IMG/VR virus record: IMGVR_UViG_3300016649_000189
Location: 1 to 38,495 of that record
Length of the DNA stretch: 38,495 bases
Reading direction: 5' to 3' (one strand)
Origin: a virus
Lineage: Duplodnaviria; Caudoviricetes
Shown here: piece after piece, positions 1 through 9,400 of the stretch
Layout of the letters: each line of letters begins with the position of its first letter
How positions within the stretch are numbered: the first letter of the stretch is position 1
The notes under the pieces: model-generated
Databases searched by the model: none
What the model was told of the DNA's origin: nothing
What the model saw: the letters and a program-made list of their open reading frames with translations, nothing else
Position numbers and translations under genes: made by a program

Positions 1-1
1 T

Positions 2-604
2 TACACTATAACAATCGGCGGCGGAGGGTCTGGCGGGAATGCCTCAGTAGGGAGCGGGGGTAATGGCAGTAATTCTTCATTTGGTGTCTTGTCGGTTGGA
101 ACCGGAGGGGGTGGCGGCGGAGAGACAAACACCAATGGGGTTGGGGGAGGATGCGGCGGCGGCGGAGGGGGTAGCGGCTCTTCTAATACAACAACCCGAA
201 CCGGAGGGGCAGGATCTCAGGGATTTTCCGGTGGATCTAAAACAGGCAACTTAAGCAAAGGCGCAGGCGGTGGTGGTATGGGTGCGGCTGGTGAAAGTGT
301 TTCAGCAAGCTCAAACCCAAAAGGAGGGAACGGTGGCATTGGCCTAGCGTATAATATATCCGGATCTTCCACTTATTATAGCGGTGGCGGCGGCGGTGGG
401 GTCAATGCTGAAACCGACTATGGGACGGGAGGCTCTGGCGGCGGGGGAGCAGGAGGCGGATACTCTGGTGGAGGAATAAATGCAACAAGTGGAACCGCAA
501 ATACTGGAGGAGGGGGCGGGGGAGGGGGAACCTATAGCAGTACACACTATACGTCTGGAAGCGGAGGATCAGGTATCGTAATCATACGATATCCACTAAA
601 CTAA
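2..604 (+). CDS. Glycine-rich fibre/receptor-binding protein, C-terminal part (5' truncated)
   Basis: Frame is open from base 2 (YTITIGGGGSGG...), has GGGGG repeats and ends in GSGGSGIVIIRY, typical of phage Gly-rich fibre domains. Confidence 0.8.
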   Translation, partial: YTITIGGGGSGGNASVGSGGNGSNSSFGVLSVGTGGGGGGETNTNGVGGGCGGGGGGSGSSNTTTRTGGAGSQGFSGGSKTGNLSKGAGGGGMGAAGESVSASSNPKGGNGGIGLAYNISGSSTYYSGGGGGGVNAETDYGTGGSGGGGAGGGYSGGGINATSGTANTGGGGGGGGTYSSTHYTSGSGGSGIVIIRYPLN

Positions 605-605
605 C

Positions 606-962
606 ATGGCTCATTTTGCTGAAATAGATCAGAAGGGAGTCGTAACTAGGGTTATCGTTGTTAATAATAGCGATATACTGGACGAGTCTGGAAATGAGTC
701 TGAGGCTATTGGGAGAAATTTTTGCTCAAATCTGCTTGGAGGCAACTGGATTCAAACTTCATACAATAGGAATTTCAGGAAAAACTATGCTGGGATTGGG
801 CATAAATATGACAGCACGATGGACGCATTTATTCCGCCAAAGCCCTACCCAAGCTGGGTTTTGAATAACGAGACTTGCGTTTGGGAGTCTCCAATTCCCA
901 TGCCCAGCGATGGGGAATGCTATTGGAATGAAGAAAAACAAGAATGGGAGAAAATAACATGA
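606..962 (+). CDS. Conserved phage protein (MAHFAEID...), probable fibre chaperone/partner
   Basis: Motifs WIQTSYN, FRKNYAGIG and FIPPKPYPSW; this type of gene commonly follows Gly-rich fibre genes. Confidence 0.7.
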   Translation: MAHFAEIDQKGVVTRVIVVNNSDILDESGNESEAIGRNFCSNLLGGNWIQTSYNRNFRKNYAGIGHKYDSTMDAFIPPKPYPSWVLNNETCVWESPIPMPSDGECYWNEEKQEWEKIT

Positions 963-1690
963 CGCTTCAGGACATGAGTTCTTTTGTGACGGCAAAAATA
1001 GGGAGAACCGACTCCGACTCGGTTTCAAAGTGCAGGGAATTTCTGGCAAGGAGATATGAGCTTGTCTGGAACTCCCAGCTTTGGAGGGAAACATTGGTAA
1101 CATCATCCCAATCGGTTCCCGCCGAAACTCAGGATGTCACTCTAGATGATTCCTCCATAGATCAAATAGTCGCTGTTCGGTGGTCTGACACCACGCTTGG
1201 CCCAGTTGCACATGAGCAGGTCTTTGCCATTGACCCAACCCTATTTGACAATTCTGGAACCCCTCTGGCTTTTATCACGCTTCCTAAAACACCATCTGGG
1301 TCGGCAAGGATCAGGCTTGTGCAGAAGCCAAACCAGACCAAAACCCTGACCATCCTTGGCAAGGTCAAGCTTAGGATTATTGATGGTAGTAACCAGTTCC
1401 AGATCCGAAATTTGACCGAGATTCTGGATAAGCCAGCAATCTCCAATCTTGATAACGCCCTGCTTGCATTTGCGGAGGCCGATATGCTTACCAGAGAGCG
1501 TCAGTATTCTAAGGCCCAGATCATGCAGGCCGAGGCCGTGGCCCAGACCAAGGTGGCGGTTGGGGTGGAAAAGAACCAGAGTGCCAACAATCTTCAGGTG
1601 CTTGCGGTGGATTCAGGAGAGTGGAGTAGGGACGACTGGGACACCACCTCTTATCCTTATTCGGGGCCGAGCTTTCTAGGCTTGGGTTAA
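959..1690 (+). CDS. Head-tail adaptor / tail tubular protein A-like
   Basis: ATGA overlap with upstream stop; position before the nozzle gene; helical N- and C-termini around a beta-rich core. Confidence 0.65.
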   Translation: MTLQDMSSFVTAKIGRTDSDSVSKCREFLARRYELVWNSQLWRETLVTSSQSVPAETQDVTLDDSSIDQIVAVRWSDTTLGPVAHEQVFAIDPTLFDNSGTPLAFITLPKTPSGSARIRLVQKPNQTKTLTILGKVKLRIIDGSNQFQIRNLTEILDKPAISNLDNALLAFAEADMLTRERQYSKAQIMQAEAVAQTKVAVGVEKNQSANNLQVLAVDSGEWSRDDWDTTSYPYSGPSFLGLG

Positions 1691-1694
1691 TACC

Positions 1695-3290
1695 ATGCCC
1701 ATTCTCTCAAACGAGGGGCTGGACGATCCGCTCCTTTTCGAGCAGACCAATTCCTTTATCGGAGGCGTAAATAACATAACGTCATCCAAGCTCCTTGAAC
1801 CGACCCAGAGCGTTGAGTTGATCAACGTGGATATTGACAGGATCGGCAATGCCGTGACTCGACGTGGAACTGCGGATCTTGCTGGAAGCGCAGTACCCGA
1901 GGGAACGGCAAACATTCAGGGGATGACCTACTTCGACACCGGAACTGTCAACCAGCTTGTTATCTGCAAGAATCGGAAGATTTTCTATTACAACGGGGTG
2001 GCTGGAAGCGGATCATGGGCTCAAGAGGGATCTTCCTACCTTACCAATGCCTCCGATGATTCGGTTTATTTTGCCCAGCTATCCGACAAGCTCTATTTCT
2101 GCGATGGAACCAGCACCCTCAAGTCATTCAACGGTACTGCGGTAAATTCCATTCCATCGGCGGCAAATGCCCCAACCGGAGTCAAGCTCCTGACATCCCA
2201 CACGGAGCGGCTTCTTGCCGTCAGGACGGCGGAGCAGGACACGATCTATGTGAGCGATATCCTGTCAGCCGAAGGAACGTCCGCTTGGTCTGCCGTGGAT
2301 TCATTCAGGGTCGGCGGGGATGGGGAGCCAATCGTGGCGATGCAAAGCTGGACTGGGTTCAGGCTGGTGGTTTTCAAGGAAAACTCCACCTATGTCATTG
2401 AAACAGACCCAACCAAGACTATTTCCCAATGGATTGTTCAAAGGATCAGCAGGGAGGTCGGTTGCATTGCCCCCAGATCCATAGCCCAAGTCGGAGCCAA
2501 TCTTTACTGGCTGGCTAGGGATGGTGTCAGGACAATGCAGAGAACCTTGGCTGGTACTGAGCAGGAGATTAGCGAGCCAATCTCCAAGGCGATTGACTCC
2601 ACAATTAGGGAGATAAATCAGGCGGCAATCTCAAAGTCAGCGGGTGCATATTGGGATAATCGTTACATTCTGTCTATTCCAACCGCAAGCTCCGTAAACT
2701 CAAATTCCTCAATTTGCTATAATACTATCCACAAGTCTTGGTCTGGCAAGTGGACGGGCGATTTCAAGGCTTCTGTGTTTAGCTCATATACCAACACGCC
2801 GTCCAACCTGCTTGCCTTGGCCACTCCTGATGGTCGGGTACTCCAATGGCGTGAATGGGTGAAGGATGAGAACGAGGTGGATTCAGACTATCAGGACTCT
2901 GGGGCCAATATACCAACCTCCATCACTACGAGGGAGTTTACTTGGGGAGAGCCCATGTCCTATAAAAGCCTCAACAATCTTGAGGTTCAGTTCTATGCCT
3001 CTAGGGCTACCTGCTCAGTTTTTATCGTCAATGACGAGGGAGATACGATTGCTTCATTTCAAAGCATAGACTCATCCACGGGATCACTCGGAGCCTTGGT
3101 TCTGCCTTTTGTTTTAGACTCAAGCGCAATCATTAGAAACCAGCAGAACCGCAGAAGGGCAAGAAGCCTTTCTGGGGTCAACCCATCAAGGGGATTTCAG
3201 GTCGTGGTGGAAAGCTCCTCTGGGAAGCTGAATCTCCAGTATGTGATTGTAAGCGCATTCCTGAATGCCTTTGTACCGGAGGAGCTATGA
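1695..3290 (+). CDS. Tail nozzle / packaged-DNA stabilisation protein (P22 gp10 / T7 gp12-like beta-propeller)
   Basis: 531 aa with propeller-like repeats (LVVFKENSTYVI, VGCIAPRSIAQVG, WLARDGVR); synteny. Confidence 0.8.
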   Translation: MPILSNEGLDDPLLFEQTNSFIGGVNNITSSKLLEPTQSVELINVDIDRIGNAVTRRGTADLAGSAVPEGTANIQGMTYFDTGTVNQLVICKNRKIFYYNGVAGSGSWAQEGSSYLTNASDDSVYFAQLSDKLYFCDGTSTLKSFNGTAVNSIPSAANAPTGVKLLTSHTERLLAVRTAEQDTIYVSDILSAEGTSAWSAVDSFRVGGDGEPIVAMQSWTGFRLVVFKENSTYVIETDPTKTISQWIVQRISREVGCIAPRSIAQVGANLYWLARDGVRTMQRTLAGTEQEISEPISKAIDSTIREINQAAISKSAGAYWDNRYILSIPTASSVNSNSSICYNTIHKSWSGKWTGDFKASVFSSYTNTPSNLLALATPDGRVLQWREWVKDENEVDSDYQDSGANIPTSITTREFTWGEPMSYKSLNNLEVQFYASRATCSVFIVNDEGDTIASFQSIDSSTGSLGALVLPFVLDSSAIIRNQQNRRRARSLSGVNPSRGFQVVVESSSGKLNLQYVIVSAFLNAFVPEEL

Positions 3291-3730
3291 CCGTTACGGC
3301 CAGCATGGCGGCGGAGTGGGTGTCGCAAAGGATGGACGGATGGGAGGATATCCCCAAGACCACGAATATCATCCAATGGTATATGGACAAAGAGCTTTGC
3401 GGGATTGCCACGGAGGACAACCAGATCAGGGGAGTGGCTTGCGTTAGATTTTTAAGGCAGGCCAAGGACGGCCTTGAGCCCTATAAGCATGACCCCGATG
3501 GGGCGTGGAACTGGGTAGAGTTAGTTGTTGCGGACAAGGGAGTTGCAATATCTAGCCTGTTTAGTCTTCTTTGGCAAAAATATGGAAGACGGCCATTGGT
3601 AGCCTATCGGCGTGGATTAAAGGACGGAAAGATAAGAACTTACACTATTAAAATGTTTGACCGAATGAATGCCTTGTCATGTCGGCGTTCAGAATTACAT
3701 GGAGGAAGTAAGCAATGTTTCTCGAACTAA
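3287..3730 (+). CDS. Virion assembly protein, P22 gp14 / T7 gp13 position (possible GNAT-like fold)
   Basis: Coupled to the nozzle gene and lies just before the ejection genes; fold inferred mainly from position. Confidence 0.45.
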   Translation: MTVTASMAAEWVSQRMDGWEDIPKTTNIIQWYMDKELCGIATEDNQIRGVACVRFLRQAKDGLEPYKHDPDGAWNWVELVVADKGVAISSLFSLLWQKYGRRPLVAYRRGLKDGKIRTYTIKMFDRMNALSCRRSELHGGSKQCFSN

Positions 3731-5520
3731 GACTATCCAACCCCAAGCAGGCTCATGATTTCACGGGCCTTTTCTGGATTTCAAACGTCAGATACGGAGG
3801 CTCGCCCCCATCCCCGCCTCCCCCGCCTGACTATGCCGCCGCCAATCGGGCGGGAGTCATTGCCGATGTTCAAACGCTCGGATCTCGCAAGGAAATTGAG
3901 AATGCGGCCAGAACTGGCGGAAAGGCATTTCTTTTTGGAGTTGAGGAAAGAACCCGTCCGTTACTGGCTGAAGGTGTAACTATAAAGAAGGGAAAGTATT
4001 ACCTTGATGGCAAGGAAATCCCAGAATCTCAGGCAACGACAGGGCAAACGGAGAAATACTACGTTCAGCTTTTTGACGACAAGGGGAAGAGATACAAGAC
4101 TCCAAAGGAGATCAGCGAGCAGGAAGCGATTATTGATTTCGCTGGAAAGTCAGACATTGATGCGGCTAGGGCTATGTCCAGCTTCCAGAAGGAGGAGGGA
4201 AAGGCCACAGCCCAATATCTCTTGGATCTTCAGGGCGAGTACGGAACAAAGTTTGCCCAACAGGCCCGTGAACAGCTTCGGGCGGTTGATCCGACAGGCT
4301 TTGACCTTCGGGAAAACCTCGCCAAGGAATCTCTTGGTACTGAATTTAAGAAGATTGATGATCTTCCTGAGTTTAGGAACTTCATCAATGCACCATCCTT
4401 GGAGATGGCTGGAGACGGGCCTACCCTAACCCGAACCGGATCTGGCCCCACTTTTGGGAACCTAAGTTCAGGCTCCACAATGGAGCGCATTGGTGCTGGC
4501 CCACAGTTCGGACTCCAGAACTACGGCCCCCAATTTGCGTTGGGAAGCGAGTTTGAGGGTGGTGGATCTGCCGCCCTTGGGCGAGCCGAGGTGGAAAGAC
4601 AACTTGGCGAGCAATTATTCAACCAAGGAAAGCTCACACCGGAAGAGGAACGAAGGCTGAACAATGCCGTCAGGGGAGGTCAGGTGGCCCGTGGAAATAC
4701 TTATGGCAACGCCCCTCTGGCCGAGGAGATTCTTGCCCGATTCGGGGCCGAAACCGACAGAGCCCGTCAGGCCCGATCCGATGTCGTTGGATACCTGCAA
4801 AGCGGCCAAAGCTCGTTTGATGTGGCCAAGGCCATCCGTCAGGAGGCAAACCAACTTGCCCAGCAGGGGTACATCAACTACTCCACGGCCCTCGGCGTGA
4901 ACAACAATCTTGCCCAGAAGGAATTTGAGAATCAGATAGCGGCCATTGGCCAGCGTAATGCGGCCTCGCAGACCGAGTTGGATAACATCAACAAGGCCAT
5001 CATGGGCGACAATCAAGCCCTTCAGCAGGCTTACGAAAACTACAAAACTCAGGTTGGGGCCAATAACGCCATGTCGCTGACGGAGTACCAGAACTCGATC
5101 AATGCGGTCAACACAAGGAACCAGACCCGCCAGCAGGACTTCGCCAATCAGAACATGGCCATCCAATATCAAAACCAGATGGCCCAGCAGGGATACCAAA
5201 ACCTTCTTAATAACATCACACAGAACAATCAGGCAACCCAACAGAGGTTCGCCAATATGCAGACTTTCGCTGGCCTGAGCCCGATTGTAAGTCAGGGTGG
5301 GCAACTTCAGGGGCTCCAACAGCAGGCCGCCCCGTTCATGCAGACTCCCGTTCCGCAGGGAATCGGGCTGAATCCGAATGCCGGAAAGACTGGTTCAGAC
5401 TTTGCATTAGGAGTATATGACAACCAAACGAGGCAATATCAGGCCCAGATGAGCTATGCGGCAAGCACATACACAAGTCCGCTTCAATGGATTCAGGGAA
5501 TAGGTGGCGTACTTTTCTAA
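3715..5520 (+). CDS. Ejection (internal virion / DNA transfer) protein 1
   Basis: GGSPPSPPPPPDY near the N-terminus, Q/N-rich helical repeats, hydrophobic Gly-rich C-terminus; synteny. Confidence 0.75.
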   Translation: MFLELRLSNPKQAHDFTGLFWISNVRYGGSPPSPPPPPDYAAANRAGVIADVQTLGSRKEIENAARTGGKAFLFGVEERTRPLLAEGVTIKKGKYYLDGKEIPESQATTGQTEKYYVQLFDDKGKRYKTPKEISEQEAIIDFAGKSDIDAARAMSSFQKEEGKATAQYLLDLQGEYGTKFAQQAREQLRAVDPTGFDLRENLAKESLGTEFKKIDDLPEFRNFINAPSLEMAGDGPTLTRTGSGPTFGNLSSGSTMERIGAGPQFGLQNYGPQFALGSEFEGGGSAALGRAEVERQLGEQLFNQGKLTPEEERRLNNAVRGGQVARGNTYGNAPLAEEILARFGAETDRARQARSDVVGYLQSGQSSFDVAKAIRQEANQLAQQGYINYSTALGVNNNLAQKEFENQIAAIGQRNAASQTELDNINKAIMGDNQALQQAYENYKTQVGANNAMSLTEYQNSINAVNTRNQTRQQDFANQNMAIQYQNQMAQQGYQNLLNNITQNNQATQQRFANMQTFAGLSPIVSQGGQLQGLQQQAAPFMQTPVPQGIGLNPNAGKTGSDFALGVYDNQTRQYQAQMSYAASTYTSPLQWIQGIGGVLF

Positions 5521-5529
5521 GGAGATTAT

Positions 5530-6420
5530 ATGGGACTAGCTAATCTTATTTATACTGCCGTAAGGAATGATCAGTTGGACGAGGAGCGCAAGCGCAATGC
5601 AGAACTTCAGCTTGCCGCCCAGATGAGGGCCGAGCAAAGGGCCGAGCAGGATAGGGCTGAACGTGACAATAAAAAATATAAGGTTGAGCAGGGCTATCGT
5701 GATTTGGCCGACTTGGATCAGCAAATCTCCGACACCGATCTCCAGAAAAACGTACTTGAGCAGAGCCTATCCCAGATCCAAGACCCGATGGAAATGCACA
5801 AACTCAATGTGGAGATCAAGGCATTGGGCAACAGGAGCAAGAGCCTTGAGAAAATGAGGAATCTGCGTGAGGCGATGTTGCCATACGAGATGGTGGATGC
5901 TGGGATTGCCAAGGCGAAGGCCGTGGATCTGGTGGATGCCGCCAACGGGTTAAGACCCCAGCGAGATACGGGTATGGCCACAGTCAGGCGGGAGAACATC
6001 ATCGGATATGACCAGAACGATGAGGCGATCAAGGAAACGGTGACTTTTAAGGTTCCATATACGCAGGCTGGTGGGCAGGCCCAGCAGGATAATATCCCAT
6101 CCTACGCACCAATAAATACCGGAATGTCCACCTATCAGGCCAATAATCCGATGCTTCCAAGCATTACTGGAGATCAGGCCATGCGTGACTCCCAGTATGT
6201 TGCCAGCGGAGGAAGCATGATGTTTTCCCCCAACCAGCCTGAGATTTCCGCTCCGGCCCAGCCAGCGCAGGCAACCATGCCTGTCCAGAATGCCCAGCCA
6301 CAGGCCGACACGGAATCCATCCGGCAACAGGCCTTGCAGGCCATGTCCCAAGCCAGAACTCCCGAACAAAGGCAGAAGATTAAGGATCGTGCGGCACAAT
6401 ACGGAGTTGTTCTCCCGTAA
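5530..6420 (+). CDS. Ejection protein 2 (coiled-coil)
   Basis: AAGGAG RBS; coiled-coil N-half and Q/P-rich C-half; lies between two ejection genes. Confidence 0.65.
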   Translation: MGLANLIYTAVRNDQLDEERKRNAELQLAAQMRAEQRAEQDRAERDNKKYKVEQGYRDLADLDQQISDTDLQKNVLEQSLSQIQDPMEMHKLNVEIKALGNRSKSLEKMRNLREAMLPYEMVDAGIAKAKAVDLVDAANGLRPQRDTGMATVRRENIIGYDQNDEAIKETVTFKVPYTQAGGQAQQDNIPSYAPINTGMSTYQANNPMLPSITGDQAMRDSQYVASGGSMMFSPNQPEISAPAQPAQATMPVQNAQPQADTESIRQQALQAMSQARTPEQRQKIKDRAAQYGVVLP

Positions 6421-6423
6421 GGT

Positions 6424-9400
6424 GTGGGCCTTTTTTACGACATCCTGCTAGAGGAGGAAAAGAAGCCGGAACCCGTGGCTTCTTCGGGCGGTATTTTTGA
6501 CGACATCCTAGCCGAGCCTGAAACAGGGCCGGATCTAGTTCGTGAGGATACAGTTACCCAGACTCCGGTTCGTGAGGAGACAGTAGGCCAAGCCAGAACT
6601 CAGGCGGAGGAGAAACCTTCCGGCCTGTTTGACGACATAGTTTCAGACCAACAGCCTCAATCTTCCACCCCTGACCTTGTTCCGGATGAAAAGCTCACCC
6701 CTTCCCAATCGGCAGTAGCAAGGGAAAGCCTCGGTAGGTTCGCCAAGGGAGCCCTTGTCACAGGCCCAGCGGCCATTGCCAGAACCTACGGGCTGGTTGA
6801 ATCCGCCGCTGGAATCCCGATCCAAGGCGAGCCCTATAACTTTGAAAGCACCGCAGGGGCAAGGATCGCAAGGGGTTTGGAGCAGGCCGGAGAAAGACTC
6901 TATCCAACCATTCCAGAGGCCCAAGGCTCCTTCATTCCAGAAGTGGCCGGAGGATTGGGTCAGGTCAGTACGATTGTCGCCGGAGGGCCGATAGCGAGGG
7001 CGGCTGGGATTCCGGCCAGCGTTGCCCCAAGGGCCGTGGCGGCTGGAACCGGAGTGGTGCTGGGGGCCGGAGAAGGGGCGCAGAGGGCAAGTCAGGCCGG
7101 AGCCAAGCCGGAGGAGATTCTGACCGCCGGATTCCTCAACGGGGTGACTGGCTTATCCGAGGTGTTCCCCGCAGAGAAATGGATTGAGAAGATCGACAAG
7201 GCCACGGCTGGAAAGTTTTCAAGGGATGTCAGGCGTTACTTTATCGAGGCCGGAGTTGAGGCCGGAACCGAGGCCTTGCAGGAAGCCTTCCAAACCACGA
7301 TGGGCAACCTGATTGCCAAGGGCCAATACAGGCCGGAACAGGATGTGCTGGAGGGGGCGGGCAAGGCGGCTTTGGTCGGGGGAACAGTTGGAGCCATAGC
7401 GTCAGGCGTTATTGGCGGGTTTGGATTAAGTCAGGCCAGAAGAAATCAGGATGTAGCTACAACCGAGCCACAGGCTGAATCTATTCAGCCGGATGCTCGG
7501 ATGCAGGCTGAATCCATTCAGCCGGATGTCCGCCCACAGGCTGAAGTTCAGCCGGAAGTTCAGGCCCAACCCCAGCAGGAAGGGCTTCAGCCCTTCACGG
7601 AGTTCCAGAGGCCGGAGGAACAGGCTCCCCGATCGGGCATAGAAACAAAGGTTTCTGATAAAGATGGGAATCCACTTACAGTATTCCATGGAACAACTCA
7701 GAGATTTGATAAATTCAAGGATGGGAGGATATGGTTTTCAGCAGATAGAAATTTTGCTGAAATTTATAAACAAGACCAACCAGATGGTGATGTTAAGGAA
7801 TTAAATGTTGTAATAAAAAATCCAAAGACATTTAGCTCTGATAATGTAGGAAGGTCTCAATGGGTTGAAACAACTGATGCTGGACTTAAGCGTGATGGCT
7901 TTGACGGTGTGCTATTCCTCAAGCCAGATGGATCAATAGATGACGGCTATGCGTTTAAGGGTGATCAAATTCTTATCCGTGAGCCAAAAAAACCAGCCCT
8001 TGAATCTCCTGCGGCTCAGGAGCGTGTAACAAGCCAAGAAATTACTCAACCAGCTTTAACCAGTTTTGAATCACCCAAAGACCTTGAGAGGGCTTTCTCG
8101 GATATTGGAGAGGGACATAGAAGATTTGCAAGCAGGCTTTCCACTATGATCACTTTTGATGCCATGACTCCAGAAGCCCGTGATCTTATCTTAGCCACCA
8201 TTTACGATAATAATGTAAATGATGAGTACCTTCAGCAAATTGAGGTTGGCCCTCTCACAAGGGGAGCGAGGCCTGCTGGTCGAGGGGGTGTTGTTACTCA
8301 ACCAGTTCAGGGAAAGCCAGATGCAATTACTGGGCAGGTTACGAGCAAGGGTAATAAGCCCTTTCTTGGAATAAGACAGGGGGCTCGTCTTACTAGTATT
8401 AAAGACAGGGATTTTGAGTTTCTTGATATTTTTTGGCATGAATACGGTCATGCTGGTTATTATTCTTTATTGACTTCAGATCAGAAAAAACTTGTTTCAT
8501 CGGAGTATAAAAAGACCACAAGAAAAGGCAGGAGTGAATTTTTCTTAAAGGGAACTGCCCGTGGGCTTGATAGGTACGCTGATTACTATGCAAAAAATGA
8601 ATCAGAATGGTTTGCCCAATCTTTTTCAGAATGGGTAATTACAGAGAAAACAAGCCAGACCAAACTTGTTCCGTTGTTTGAGAAAATACTTCAAAGGCTT
8701 AAAAATGTTTTTGAAAAGTTATTTCAGCGTAAAAACATTGAGTCTCTAAGCGACATTTACGAATACATTCTCAAGGGGGAGGCATACGGGAAAAAGCCAC
8801 TATGGTCTCGTTGGGACATGAGTAGAAATCCCACCGATTACGATAGGCCTATAAAGCGCATAGATAGAAACTTCATAAAGGTTCAGAAAAGGCTCGACCA
8901 GAAGGCGGGGGAATCCCGTATAGATGGCCAACAGTTTAAGAATATATCCCAGCCTGAATCCAAGCCACCATCGTCTATTGAGCCACCATCTCCTCCTCCA
9001 ACACAGCCACCAGCCTCGCCGGAGCCCCAGCCCAACCCTATGCCGAAGATTCCGGCTGGGGCGAAGCTCAAGCCTTACCTAGATAATTTTCGCCGCACGT
9101 TTCAAGACAAGTTCGTGGATGTTGAGAACCTCCAGAAGGGGATCACCAAGGGCCAGTTCGAGCTTCCCGATGCCGTCAATATCAAGCAGGCCGAGGAGCT
9201 TTATCATGGAAGGACTGGTGAGCGGCTCACCGAGTTTGATGAGAACACGGCACGGCCCCTGATTGAGGAGATATCTGCCTTAAACATTGGGGCAAACCTC
9301 CCTTGGGTGAAGGCCATCGGGGATAAATACTATAAGGGCCGGAAGAACCCAGATGGATCGGACAGGAAGTTCGTTCCCAGTCGGGATATCTTCGACCTCT

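Noticed and set aside
4615-5319. Other long antisense ORFs (also 34624-35256, 16925-17596, 21060-21662)
   Set aside because: Shadows of well-supported sense genes, with no RBS or recognisable motifs.
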